Shown: positions 39,104 to 48,530 of the stretch, piece after piece | How positions within the stretch are numbered: the first letter of the stretch is position 1 | Layout of the letters: each line of letters starts with the position of its first letter | Source of the DNA: an uncultured bacterium | Lineage (GTDB): Bacteria; Armatimonadota; SYMT01 | Assembly (NCBI GenBank): GCA_964609085.1 | Contig: CAZSRZ010000012.1 | Location: 2,292-66,291, forward strand | Length of the DNA stretch: 64,000 bases | Reading direction: 5' to 3' | Notes under the pieces: generated by a model | The model's input: the letters and a program-made list of their open reading frames with translations, nothing else | Database searches by the model: none | Told to the model about the DNA's origin: nothing | Translations under genes and position numbers: made by a program

Positions 39104-39580
39104 TCAGCGCGCCAGATAGCCGTTGACGTAGACGAGGACGGGGGTGGCCGAACCGGTGCCCTTCTCGTTGCTGACCACCAGTTCAGCCGCGCCGCGCAGC
39201 TCGAAGCCGGTCTCCATGCGCCACTGCTCCGAGTCGTTTCCTAACAGCCGCATGCGGTTAATCAGCCCGACGGACTTGCCCTCTACATATCCCCCCAGCC
39301 ATACATAGTTCTCCGCGCCCGGAGCTACCTTATGTCCTCGGCCGTCCTGCGCGTTGTAGGCGATGACATCGGTGACCACCACCCGCTGCCCCTGCTGGGC
39401 CCGGACGACGACGTAGTCGCGATCATCCGGAGGCACGAGCAGTAGCTGCTGGAACTGTTGGCGATCTACCGGGCCTTGAGCTTGAGCTGCCCTGGGCGGC
39501 AGATGGAGGGCGACCGCCAGCACGGCTGCCAGGCCGATCATGGCGAGTCCGCCGAGGAGCGGAGTGGGAGATAACTTCAT
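39104..39580 (-). CDS. secreted hypothetical protein
   Basis: It has the signal peptide 'MKLSPTPLLGGLAMIGLAAVLAVALHLPPRAAQAQG'. No recognisable domain was found. Confidence 0.45.
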   Translation of the reverse strand: MKLSPTPLLGGLAMIGLAAVLAVALHLPPRAAQAQGPVDRQQFQQLLLVPPDDRDYVVVRAQQGQRVVVTDVIAYNAQDGRGHKVAPGAENYVWLGGYVEGKSVGLINRMRLLGNDSEQWRMETGFELRGAAELVVSNEKGTGSATPVLVYVNGYLAR

Positions 39581-39672
39581 CGACGTAGTCCTTCCGGTGC
39601 ACGACGGCACAGGCTCATTCTAGTGCCGCCGCGTCGCCGATTGGGAATGTCGTCCCCGGAGGCAGAGCGCTC

Positions 39673-41028
39673 ATGGAAGAAACCCGGCTCCTGGTACACA
39701 CGGTTGAGGACCTGGTCCGCTCTGGGGAACTGGAGCTTCTGCGCCGGGCGCTCGAACCCCAGTCGGCCGAAGACCTGGCCGATCTGCTCGAACACGCCGG
39801 GCCGGAGGTTCGTGACGCCGTCTTCGCGGCGCTCGGCCCGGGGCAGCAGGGCGAAGTTGCTGTCCTTGTGGATGAGGCGGTCCGTGAAGATCTGTTGGAG
39901 GACATCCCGGCCCAGCAACTCGCCGAAATCGTCCAGCCGCTGGAGCCCGCGGACGCGGTTACGATCCTCGAGGACGCTGACCCGGACGTCGCCGACGCGG
40001 TGTTGGGCCGGCTTGATCCCGAGGAAGCAGAGGAGGTGCGTCAACTCCTGGGTTACGACGAGGACAGCGCCGGTCGGGCCATGGAGTTTGGTGCCCCCGC
40101 GGTTCACCAGGATTCCACCCTGGGCGCGGCACTGGAGCAACTCCGAGGGGCGGCTGACGAACTGGACGAAATCCAGGCGGTCTACGTCGTCGACACGATC
40201 GGTCGGCTGCGCGGGTACGTGCCGCTGCACGTTCTAATCGTGCGCCCGCCCGACACACCCGTGATCGATGTGATGCGCTCGGATCTGATCTTCGCCTACG
40301 TGGACGACGACCAGGAGATGGCGGCCACTCGAGCCCGCCGGAGTGGACTGGCCTCGATACCGATCGTTGACAGCCGGGGTGTTCTGCGCGGACAGATCGC
40401 TCGGGACAGGCTGCGAGAAATCGAAGAGGAGGAAGCATCCGAGGACATGTACCGAATGGTCGGCCTGTCCGAGGACGACAGCGTCTACTCCCCGGTGGGA
40501 TTCAGCCTGCGTCGGCGGCTCCCATGGTTGCTGGTGAACCTGGGAACTGCTTTCCTTGCCGCAGGTGTGGTCAGCCTCTTCAAGGGCACCATCGAGAAGT
40601 TCGCCGTTCTGGCGGTCCTCCAAAGCGTGGTCGCCGGGCAGGGAGGCAACGCCGGGATCCAGACACTCACCATCGTCGTTCGGGCCTTGGCGCTCGGGGA
40701 CCTGGACTGGCGCAACTCCGGCCGCATCTTCTTCAAGGAACTGGCGGTCGGTTTCTGTAATGGGCTTGGGGTCGGTGCGCTGGTCGGCATCGCCGTCTAC
40801 GTCTGGCAGCACAATCTGGTTCTGAGCTGCGTCATCGCAGCAGCCATGGCCTTGAACATGGTGGTGGCGGCGCTGTCGGGCTTCACCATCCCGCTCTTCC
40901 TGCGCGCGCTCCGGCTGGATCCCGCATTGGCGTCAGGCGTGTTCGTCACCATGATGACGGACGTGTGCGGCTTCCTCTTCTTCCTCGGGCTCGCCACTCT
41001 GCTGATGCCGTGGCTCACGTTGGGTTGA
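39673..41028 (+). CDS. mgtE: magnesium transporter MgtE
   Basis: An MgtE N-domain acidic helix bundle is followed by tandem CBS domains and a 5-TM MgtE channel domain ('GGNAGIQTLTIVVRALALGD'). Confidence 0.85.
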   Translation: MEETRLLVHTVEDLVRSGELELLRRALEPQSAEDLADLLEHAGPEVRDAVFAALGPGQQGEVAVLVDEAVREDLLEDIPAQQLAEIVQPLEPADAVTILEDADPDVADAVLGRLDPEEAEEVRQLLGYDEDSAGRAMEFGAPAVHQDSTLGAALEQLRGAADELDEIQAVYVVDTIGRLRGYVPLHVLIVRPPDTPVIDVMRSDLIFAYVDDDQEMAATRARRSGLASIPIVDSRGVLRGQIARDRLREIEEEEASEDMYRMVGLSEDDSVYSPVGFSLRRRLPWLLVNLGTAFLAAGVVSLFKGTIEKFAVLAVLQSVVAGQGGNAGIQTLTIVVRALALGDLDWRNSGRIFFKELAVGFCNGLGVGALVGIAVYVWQHNLVLSCVIAAAMALNMVVAALSGFTIPLFLRALRLDPALASGVFVTMMTDVCGFLFFLGLATLLMPWLTLG

Positions 41029-41072
41029 GCTGACCCGGAGCGGGCCAGGGCCCTCGGCACCAGCGTGGGGGA

Positions 41073-41104
41073 CGATCGCCGGACAGCACCGCTGCCGGCG
41101 ATCG
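41073..41104. terminator. perfect 10-bp stem-loop between convergent mgtE and ssrA
   Basis: CGATCGCCGG-(12 nt loop)-CCGGCGATCG is read directly. No U-tract follows, so it may be a processing or terminator hairpin. Confidence 0.4.
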
Positions 41105-41110
41105 TGAGCA

Positions 41111-41460
41111 TGGAGGCGCCGGGAGTTGAACCCGGGTCCGAAGGGACGCGAACGAGACTACTACGAGCGTATCCGCTGATTTAATCTTGCGCCTGGCCCC
41201 CCAGCGACAGGGTTCCGATCGGCGCCAGCCCGCTTGTTAGGCAGGGCGGTCCACAGGCACTACCGCCCGGCCTGGCCAGGATCGTTAACGCCCTACCCCG
41301 CGCCCCTGGCCGGGCACGGTTCGGACGGGCCGCTTAGTTAAGCAGCCAGCGCGTAACTGTTATGGTTCGCGTTTGTGTTTTTGCCGCTTTTTACGAGGCC
41401 AACGGCGCCTCGGCTCGCAATCTCGCCCGGCACTCTCCTCCGTCGACACCCATCGCCCCC
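41111..41460 (-). ncRNA. ssrA: tmRNA (transfer-messenger RNA, SsrA)
   Basis: The minus-strand 5' end 'GGGGGCGAUGGGUGUCGACGG' pairs with the 3' end '...GGGUUCAACUCCCGGCGCCUCCA' (T-arm GGUUCAACUCC, G3:U70 acceptor). An internal tag ORF reads '...GCG AAC CAU AAC AGU UAC GCG CUG GCU GCU UAA' = (A)NHNSYALAA-stop. Length is about 350 nt. Confidence 0.85.
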
Positions 41461-41478
41461 TTGGGGATGAACAGGTTC

Positions 41479-41507
41479 ATGCTAGCCGCGACCCAGATCG
41501 GAGTCAA
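41479..41507 (-). promoter_or_regulatory. candidate sigma70 promoter of ssrA
   Basis: On the minus strand, TTGACT is followed by 17 nt and TAGCAT, about 18 nt before the mature tmRNA 5' end. Confidence 0.3.
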
Positions 41508-41749
41508 TCGGCACCCGCAGGTCGCGAACCCCCTGGGCGAAACCGCGATCCCGACCCGGATCACCTCACGGAGTCGCGCGGCACGCGGGCCTCACACGCG
41601 GACGACCTCGTCCACGGTCGATCATCCTACCCGGGAAGGAGTGCCCGGTCCTTCGGTAGAAGCGATATCACCATGGCCGAGGATCGGGATCTGTGGCGAT
41701 CGGGCAACGGACTCACCCAACTCGTCCGCAATCTTCATTTCGGAGGCCT

Positions 41750-43042
41750 ATGAACAAGAGCGGTGCCAAGAAGGGTCAGCGCGGGGCACCGAAGGTCCCC
41801 GTTTCGGCCGCGCCGGTCCTGACCGCGGAAGCGCAGGAGATACGCGCCCTGCTCCGGCGAGTTCCGGACGGCACCAAGGCAGCGTTGGCCGCATTGAAGG
41901 CCCGGCCCGCCGACGCCCGCGAGCGCGTGTTGTCCGAGCTGACCCGGACCCTTGGTCGAGAGGTACTGCCTTTGCTGGGCACGGCGGGCAAAGGATCAGA
42001 CGAGGGCCTCGCCGTCTCGGCCGTCCGCGTCTTGCCCATCCTAGGTTCGCGGGCCGCCGCCGACTTGCTCACGGAGATCTACGCGGCCTTCCCGGACAGC
42101 GACCGGGCGGCTGCCGCGCGCACCGGTGCGGGGTCTCTGGCTGCGCGTGGGATCCGGGTGGGGATACCGGAGGAGACCAGCATCTCGTCAGAGCCCGTAC
42201 TCTCCCTGCGGGAGACGTCCGTCTGCTCTCCGGACGGCGTCGGCTCCGCCTCCGTCGTGGCGCGGTTCCAGGACCGGTACGGCGTGTGGCACGGCCTGTT
42301 TGTCCTGTGGAACGATCAGGCCGGCATCAAGGACGGTTTCTTTCGCCCTGTCAGCCGGAACGAGTGGTACAAATCCATCGCGGGGCTCTCGCAGGGTGAA
42401 GATGTCTGGGTGACCTGCCCCAAAGAATATGCGCAGCAGCTTGTTCAACGGTTCCGGATGCTCAATGAGGAGACGGGCTTCCCGGTTGAGAACCACCTGG
42501 CAGACTGGGACCGTCTCATCGGCCCTCCCCCGGCGAACTACTCACCGCCCAACCCGGCGGACGTCCTGGTGGGAGTGGATGAAGAGACCAGGGAGCGTCT
42601 CCTCGCAGCCAGCATGGAGCTAGCCAGGCACAAGGACACGCGTGTCTGGTTCTTCGAGGTGGCGGATTGCAAGGATGTCGTGGCTGACTACGCCAGCTTC
42701 CAGTTTCGCCACCGAAGTGTCGAGCCCGACGAAGAAGCTCGATCGGAGATGCTGCGCAAGTTGGCGGAAGCAGCCGATCCATTCATTACCGGCGAAGAGG
42801 GTCTGCGCCTCAGCCGGCGACTGGATGATCTAGTGGTTATCCTGACGCTGCGGGACGGCTCTTCGCGCTCTGCTCAACAAGCCAGGGTGGTGGCCGAGGC
42901 AATTCGCGCTGGTCGGCCAGCCATTGATACTCCGTTCGTCCTCGGAATGATGCAAAGGACGGTCATGGCCGGGTACCGGATGCTCGTGAGGGGTGAGGAT
43001 CCGGAGAAGCACCGCTACCGGCCCATGCGCAAGCCCCGGTAG
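41750..43042 (+). CDS. hypothetical protein (helical N-terminal region, no recognised domain)
   Basis: The ATG at 41750 follows 'ggagg'. The translation is of good quality and non-repetitive. The overlapping 345-aa ORF 41362..42399 was rejected because it runs through the tmRNA. Confidence 0.5.
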   Translation: MNKSGAKKGQRGAPKVPVSAAPVLTAEAQEIRALLRRVPDGTKAALAALKARPADARERVLSELTRTLGREVLPLLGTAGKGSDEGLAVSAVRVLPILGSRAAADLLTEIYAAFPDSDRAAAARTGAGSLAARGIRVGIPEETSISSEPVLSLRETSVCSPDGVGSASVVARFQDRYGVWHGLFVLWNDQAGIKDGFFRPVSRNEWYKSIAGLSQGEDVWVTCPKEYAQQLVQRFRMLNEETGFPVENHLADWDRLIGPPPANYSPPNPADVLVGVDEETRERLLAASMELARHKDTRVWFFEVADCKDVVADYASFQFRHRSVEPDEEARSEMLRKLAEAADPFITGEEGLRLSRRLDDLVVILTLRDGSSRSAQQARVVAEAIRAGRPAIDTPFVLGMMQRTVMAGYRMLVRGEDPEKHRYRPMRKPR

Positions 43043-43068
43043 CCGCAGTCCGGAAAGGCGTCATGCCG

Positions 43069-43100
43069 GGGACTGCCGCTCAGACGAGAACGGCAGTCCC
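43069..43100. terminator. 10-bp stem-loop between convergent genes
   Basis: GGGACTGCCG-(12 nt)-CGGCAGTCCC is read directly. Confidence 0.35.
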
Positions 43101-43112
43101 GATGTTGGCCTG

Positions 43113-43631
43113 TCAGGGGATGAGGACCTTCGCGAACTTCGCCGGTTCCTTGTCGAAAGCGGCCTTGCTGGCTTCGCTCTCGAAGTAGTAGATGCTCCCT
43201 TTATAGGTGGAAGTCGGGATACCGGCCGCCAGGGCGAACATCTTGCCGCTCACGGGGTCGGCGACCTGCCCCAGCAGGCTGGGGTCCTTCTTGAAGTCCT
43301 CGGCGCAGTTGGTGCAGCAGAAGTAAACGATCTGGTCGTTCACCACCAGCCTGTTGGCCTTGTTGGCTCGGCCCGGCGTGCCCTTCAAGGGACAGACCTG
43401 CGGGGTCTTCAGGTAGCTCTCGGGGTTCTTGAGGAACGTCTCGCGGTTCTTGGCGTCGGTGAAGTAGAGCTTGTTGCCCCCGACCACCACGAGCGGTGTC
43501 TCTTTGGCGACGGTCAGCGGCTTGAGGTTGACGGGGTCAACGACCTTTTTGCCCGTGTCGTCGGCGGCGAAGGCAGTGCCGATGGCTAGCGAGAGCAGAG
43601 CGGCCGTGATCGTGACGATCTGTGGTTTCAT
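43113..43631 (-). CDS. secreted protein with three YHS-like metal-binding-domain repeats
   Basis: The signal peptide is 'MKPQIVTITAALLSLAIGTAFA'. The repeats are 'LYFTDAKNRETFLKNPESYL', 'VYFCCTNCAEDFKKDPSLL' and 'IYYFESEASKAAFDKEPAKF'. The RBS is 'ggaga'. Confidence 0.55.
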   Translation of the reverse strand: MKPQIVTITAALLSLAIGTAFAADDTGKKVVDPVNLKPLTVAKETPLVVVGGNKLYFTDAKNRETFLKNPESYLKTPQVCPLKGTPGRANKANRLVVNDQIVYFCCTNCAEDFKKDPSLLGQVADPVSGKMFALAAGIPTSTYKGSIYYFESEASKAAFDKEPAKFAKVLIP

Positions 43632-43819
43632 GATGGGGATCTCCAGAGTTGGGGGCCGCCCGGCGGCGGGCTCCGGCCCACACAGACTATACGGCGGCGG
43701 GGCGGGTCGGTCACGAAATCGGCTGGGCTGCACCACCTGCGCACGATGCCTTGCGGAGGAGAGCGGCGTCTGCAGGCTGAAAGCCTCGTTGTCACACCCT
43801 CGCTATCTCGAACATCCCA

Positions 43820-46800
43820 ATGAAACTCTTCCGCCTCATCTCCCTACTGGCCGCCGCGGGCGCGCTGCAACTGGCCGCAGTGGCTCCGGCCGCCGACGCC
43901 GCCGTTCGGGCGGCGCGACTTCGCTGCGAATACCTGGTGAACCCCCTGGGTCTCGACGAACGGGTGCCCCGGTTCTACTGGGAGCTTCGGTCCGGAGTGC
44001 GGGGGGAAGCGCAGACCGCGTACCAGGTGATCGTTTCCAGCACCCGCGATCTCGCCGGGAAAGGCAAGGGAGACCTCTGGGACAGCGGCAAGGTCTCGGG
44101 TAGTCAGTCCCAGCATGTGGAGTATGCCGGCAAGCCGCTGGCGTCCCGCACGGCGGGGTTCTGGCGGGTGCGGGTGTGGGATGGTCGTGGCACGGCGAGC
44201 GCTTTCAGCGAGACTGCGGTGTTCGAAGTCGGGCTGGCGACAGCGGACTGGACCGCGTCGTGGATCGGCCTTCCGTCTCCGGAACCGCCCGGGCCGCTGT
44301 ACGATCTCGCCGGGGCCTCGTGGTGCTGGTTCCCAGAAGGGAACCCGGTGCAGAGCGCGCCGGCAGGCAGGCGTTTCTTCCGTCGCCGATTCGACTTACC
44401 CGTCGGCACTCGGCCCGAACGAGCCGTGGTCCTGGTGTCCGTGGACAACGACGCGACGGTGTTCCTCAACGGTGGCGCTGCCGGCACCGCCGGCGGCTGG
44501 CAAACCGCGGCGGTCATCGACGTCCGGGACCGGCTCCGCGAGGGGCAAAACGTCCTGGCCATCGCTGCGGGGAATGCCTCCGAGGGCCCGGCAGGGCTGA
44601 TCGCGCGCTTCGTGGCGTATTACGCGGACGGCACGAGCGTGGTCGTGACGCTCAATGAGGACTGGAAGTGCAGAGCGCAGGAAGAGCCGGGCTGGGAGAA
44701 GTCGGAATTCGACGACGGAGCCTGGGTTGCGGTGAAGCGGATCGCCCAACTCGGCGCTGCGCCGTGGGGACAGGTGAAGGTGGGTCAACCGACCGCAAGC
44801 CGTCCGGCCGCCTACCTGCGAAAAGAATTCGCCGGTGCTCCAGGGCTCCGGCGCGCCCGACTCTATGCCACGGCGCTCGGAGTCTTCGAGATCCAACTCA
44901 ACGGCGAGCGAGTAGGGGACGACGTGCTGGCGCCTGGGTGGACGGACTACCGGAAGCGTGCGCAGTACGTCACCTACGACGTGACCGAGCGGATTCGCGC
45001 GGGCAAGAACGTCGTTGGCGCGGTCGTCGCCGACGGCTGGTATGCCGGGTCCCTCGGATTCGACTTGAGCAAGAACCACTTCGGGCCCTCTCCTCCTCGC
45101 TTGCGTCTCCAGTTGGAGTTGGAGTTCGCCGACGGCCGCCGGCTACAGGTGGTCAGTGATCAAAGCTGGCTGGCCGCCACGGGCCCCATCCGCGAGGCGG
45201 ATCTCTACGGCGGCGAGGTGCACGATGCCCGTTTGGAACTGAGCGGTTGGACCGATCCCGCCGTCGTGCCGCCGGGCAAGACCTGGCAGGCCGTCACCGT
45301 CTACACCGATCGGGTGGTCGAGATGAACGGGCTCACCTGTCCACCCATCCGCGTGACCGGGGATCGCCCCACGGTGGCCGTCACGGAGCCCACGCCGGGG
45401 ACCTTCGTCTTCGACGTAGGCGTGAACATGGTCGGCGTCGCCAGGCTTCGGGCGAAGGCACCGGCCGGCACACGCATCCGATTGCGGTTCGCCGAAATCC
45501 TCAACCCGGACGGCACCATCTATCGGGACAACCTGCGCATGGCCCGCGCGGAGGACGTCTACATCACCCGGGGTGAGGGGACCGAAATCTGGGAGCCCCG
45601 CTTCACCTACCATGGATTCCGCTACGTCGAAGTCACCGGGTACCCCGGCCGTCCGGACGAAGACCTCATCACGGGTCGTGTCTTCCACTCGGATCTGGAC
45701 CGCGCAGGGAGCCTGGAGACGGGTGTCGACCTGGTCGATCGCCTGCACGCGAACATCTATCGTGGGCAGCAGGGCAACCTGATGAGTGTCCCGACGGATT
45801 GTCCGCAGAGGGACGAGCGCCTCGGCTGGATGGGCGACGCCCAGGTCTTCGCCTGGAGCGCCTGCTGGAACATGGATATGGCGCCGTTCTGGACCAAGTG
45901 GATGCGAGACATCGCGGATTCCCAGTCCGAGGCCGGAGCATTCTCGGATGTCTCCCCGCGAGTGGTGGACCTGGCGGATGGCGCCCCGGCCTGGGCTGAC
46001 GCCGGCATCGTCATCCCGTGGACCCAGTGGCTGTACTACGGGGACCGGCGACTCATCCAACGATACTACCCGGCCATGAGGAAGTACGTGGACCTGCTGG
46101 TGAGCGCCAACCCGGACCTGCTGTGGCTGAAGCGGCGGAACAATGACTTTGGAGACTGGGTGGCGGCAGGCGAGAATACCAACAAGGATCTCATCGCCAG
46201 CGCCTACCTTGCCTGGGACCTGCGTGTAATCTCCGAAAGCGCTGCCGTCCTGGGCCAGACGGCCGACGCCGCCCGCTACGGCGAACTCGCAAAGCGCTCG
46301 GCCGCTGCCTACAACCAGCGCTTCCTGGACGCGGATGGCCGGTACCGTGGCGACACACAGACCGCGTATGCGATGTCCCTGGGGATGGGCCTGGTGCCGG
46401 CCGATCGCCGCGCTCAGGTATCCGCCCGGCTCCTCGAAAGCGTCCGGCGGCGGGGCAACCATCTGGCCACAGGGTTCATCGGTACGCGGTTCTTGCTTCC
46501 GGCGCTCTCCGACAGCGGGGAAGACGTCCTGGCGTATCGCCTGCTACTCAATCGCACTTTTCCCTCGTGGGGCTATATGATCGATAAGGGGGCCACGACG
46601 ATCTGGGAGCTGTGGAACAGCGACACGCAGGGACCGGCGATGAACTCCAGGAATCACTTTGCTTTCGGAACGGTCGCCGAGTGGATGCAGCGGTATCTCC
46701 TGGGCGTCGACCTGGCGGAGGGCAGCTCCGGCTACCGGCGGATCAGCATCCGACCGCGAGTGGCTCCCGGCATTCCGGGGGCGAAGGGGGATGTGGGCAC

Positions 46801-47080
46801 CCTCTACGGAACCATCCATACCGATTGGCGAGTTGATGGGGATACCCTTCGCCTCGAGGTGGGGTTGCCTACAGGCACGACGGGCGTGGTCTATCTCCCC
46901 AAGCGGGGTGCCGGCCGAGTAACCGTCTCGGAAGGTGGGCGGACTCTGTGGCGTGGCGGGGCTCTCGTCGGTGGAGTCCGCGGGGTCCGCACGGCTCGGG
47001 ATCTCGGTACCATGGTCATGCTCCAGGTCGACAGTGGGCGCTACGACTTCCGTGTCGCGCCCGAAATGAGATTGCCGTAG
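43820..47080 (+). CDS. GH78 alpha-L-rhamnosidase, secreted
   Basis: It has a signal peptide and 'DCPQRDERLGWMGDAQVF' in the catalytic (alpha/alpha)6 domain, with N- and C-terminal beta-sandwich domains. The protein is 1086 aa. Confidence 0.85.
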   Translation: MKLFRLISLLAAAGALQLAAVAPAADAAVRAARLRCEYLVNPLGLDERVPRFYWELRSGVRGEAQTAYQVIVSSTRDLAGKGKGDLWDSGKVSGSQSQHVEYAGKPLASRTAGFWRVRVWDGRGTASAFSETAVFEVGLATADWTASWIGLPSPEPPGPLYDLAGASWCWFPEGNPVQSAPAGRRFFRRRFDLPVGTRPERAVVLVSVDNDATVFLNGGAAGTAGGWQTAAVIDVRDRLREGQNVLAIAAGNASEGPAGLIARFVAYYADGTSVVVTLNEDWKCRAQEEPGWEKSEFDDGAWVAVKRIAQLGAAPWGQVKVGQPTASRPAAYLRKEFAGAPGLRRARLYATALGVFEIQLNGERVGDDVLAPGWTDYRKRAQYVTYDVTERIRAGKNVVGAVVADGWYAGSLGFDLSKNHFGPSPPRLRLQLELEFADGRRLQVVSDQSWLAATGPIREADLYGGEVHDARLELSGWTDPAVVPPGKTWQAVTVYTDRVVEMNGLTCPPIRVTGDRPTVAVTEPTPGTFVFDVGVNMVGVARLRAKAPAGTRIRLRFAEILNPDGTIYRDNLRMARAEDVYITRGEGTEIWEPRFTYHGFRYVEVTGYPGRPDEDLITGRVFHSDLDRAGSLETGVDLVDRLHANIYRGQQGNLMSVPTDCPQRDERLGWMGDAQVFAWSACWNMDMAPFWTKWMRDIADSQSEAGAFSDVSPRVVDLADGAPAWADAGIVIPWTQWLYYGDRRLIQRYYPAMRKYVDLLVSANPDLLWLKRRNNDFGDWVAAGENTNKDLIASAYLAWDLRVISESAAVLGQTADAARYGELAKRSAAAYNQRFLDADGRYRGDTQTAYAMSLGMGLVPADRRAQVSARLLESVRRRGNHLATGFIGTRFLLPALSDSGEDVLAYRLLLNRTFPSWGYMIDKGATTIWELWNSDTQGPAMNSRNHFAFGTVAEWMQRYLLGVDLAEGSSGYRRISIRPRVAPGIPGAKGDVGTLYGTIHTDWRVDGDTLRLEVGLPTGTTGVVYLPKRGAGRVTVSEGGRTLWRGGALVGGVRGVRTARDLGTMVMLQVDSGRYDFRVAPEMRLP

Positions 47081-47175
47081 CCCAGATCGGCGCAGGTCGA
47101 ACGCGGAACTTCAGAGAAACCTTAGAAGTCCGAAACCTGCGACACCGGGGCGCGGTGCACGGGGAGGAGCGGGGA

Positions 47176-48519
47176 ATGATGGATAGCACTCGCATCATGG
47201 GGGCCGGCGGGATGGGTGGCGACGCCACCCAACTGGGCGGGCTGGGCGGCGGATTCGATCCCGGACGGACGGCGATGGCCGGCTCACTTCAGGGGCTCAC
47301 CCTGGACGTGATCACGGGCAACCCCTACGCGCAGGCAGGCCGGGCGGCGGCCGACCACGTGCTTTTCCAGATCAACGCGTCCAGTGGCATGGTCGGCCGA
47401 CGGCTGCCGCTCAACATCGCCCTGGTCATCGATCGCAGTGGGTCAATGGAAGGCGAGCCGCTCGACTACATGAAGCGCGCCTGCGGTCATGTCGTCGACC
47501 TGCTGGATCCGAACGACGTGCTCTCTATCGTCACCTTTGAGGAACGTGTAGAGGTGGTGATGCCCGCACGCCGCGTTGTGAACAAGCAACTCGTGAAGGA
47601 GCACATCAACCGGATCCAGCCGGGGAACACCACCAATCTCTTCGAAGGTCTTGCCCAGGGCGCCTCCCAGGTAGCGTCGGTTCGCTCCGAAGGCTACGTC
47701 AACCGCGTGGTGCTCCTCACCGATGGCGAACCCACCGCCGGTGTCAAAGACTACTCATCCATCGTGGGCTGCGCGGCGGAGCAGCGATCCCGCGGAATCA
47801 GCGTCACAGCCCTGGGCTTCGGCCCGGAGTACAACGAGGAACTGTTGGTCGGCATCGCCCGGCGGGGCGGCGGCAACTACTACTACATCGCGCGTCCCGA
47901 CCTGATTCCGGAGGTGTTCCGGGCAGAGTTGGAGCAGTTGCTCACCATCGTTGCGAAGAACATCCGGCTGCGCCTGGTGATGGGGAAGTGGACCGAACTG
48001 CGGCAGATTTACGGTCACCAGCCGCAACTGGGGAATCGCACTGCCGAGCTGCAGCTCCCCGACCTGGAGCGCGGCGCGTCCGTGCGCGTGCTGATGGAAC
48101 TCGGCCTCGGACGCCGACCGGCGGCATCATTCCGCGTCGCCCGAGCGGAACTTCACTATGACGATTGTCTCTCTGGCGCGGCCGGTCAATGCGTCGAGGG
48201 CGATGTCCTCTTTCAGTTCGTCCCGGATGCGTCCCTGGTCGCTTCCGGGGTCAATGGAACCGTGCAGCGGGAAATCGAAGTCGCCCGCGCCTCCCGCAGC
48301 CTGGAGCGAACGATGATGGGGATCAAGACCCAGCATCTTTCCACCGACCACGCGCTGCTTGACCTGCAGCGGACGCAGATGCTGCTAACCCAGTCCGGCG
48401 CCGCGGCACAGGCCGCAGAGGTGGGGCGGGCCATCCGCGATCTGCGTTCGGGCACGGGCGATGCCGAAAAGACTCTCATAGGCACCGTGATGGATCTCGA
48501 CCTCGGTAAGCGAAACTAA
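47176..48519 (+). CDS. von Willebrand factor type A (vWA) domain protein
   Basis: 'LNIALVIDRSGSMEGEPLDYMK' is the MIDAS motif DxSxS, followed by 'LTDGEPT'. The N-terminus is Gly-rich. The ATG at 47176 follows 'ggagg'. Confidence 0.75.
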   Translation: MMDSTRIMGAGGMGGDATQLGGLGGGFDPGRTAMAGSLQGLTLDVITGNPYAQAGRAAADHVLFQINASSGMVGRRLPLNIALVIDRSGSMEGEPLDYMKRACGHVVDLLDPNDVLSIVTFEERVEVVMPARRVVNKQLVKEHINRIQPGNTTNLFEGLAQGASQVASVRSEGYVNRVVLLTDGEPTAGVKDYSSIVGCAAEQRSRGISVTALGFGPEYNEELLVGIARRGGGNYYYIARPDLIPEVFRAELEQLLTIVAKNIRLRLVMGKWTELRQIYGHQPQLGNRTAELQLPDLERGASVRVLMELGLGRRPAASFRVARAELHYDDCLSGAAGQCVEGDVLFQFVPDASLVASGVNGTVQREIEVARASRSLERTMMGIKTQHLSTDHALLDLQRTQMLLTQSGAAAQAAEVGRAIRDLRSGTGDAEKTLIGTVMDLDLGKRN

Positions 48520-48530
48520 GGGAGGCGGAC

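Noticed and set aside
41362-42399. 345-aa ORF overlapping the tmRNA gene
   Set aside because: It runs straight through the ssrA 5' half in a different frame and has a composition-biased translation. The downstream frame starting at 41750 with an RBS is the credible gene.
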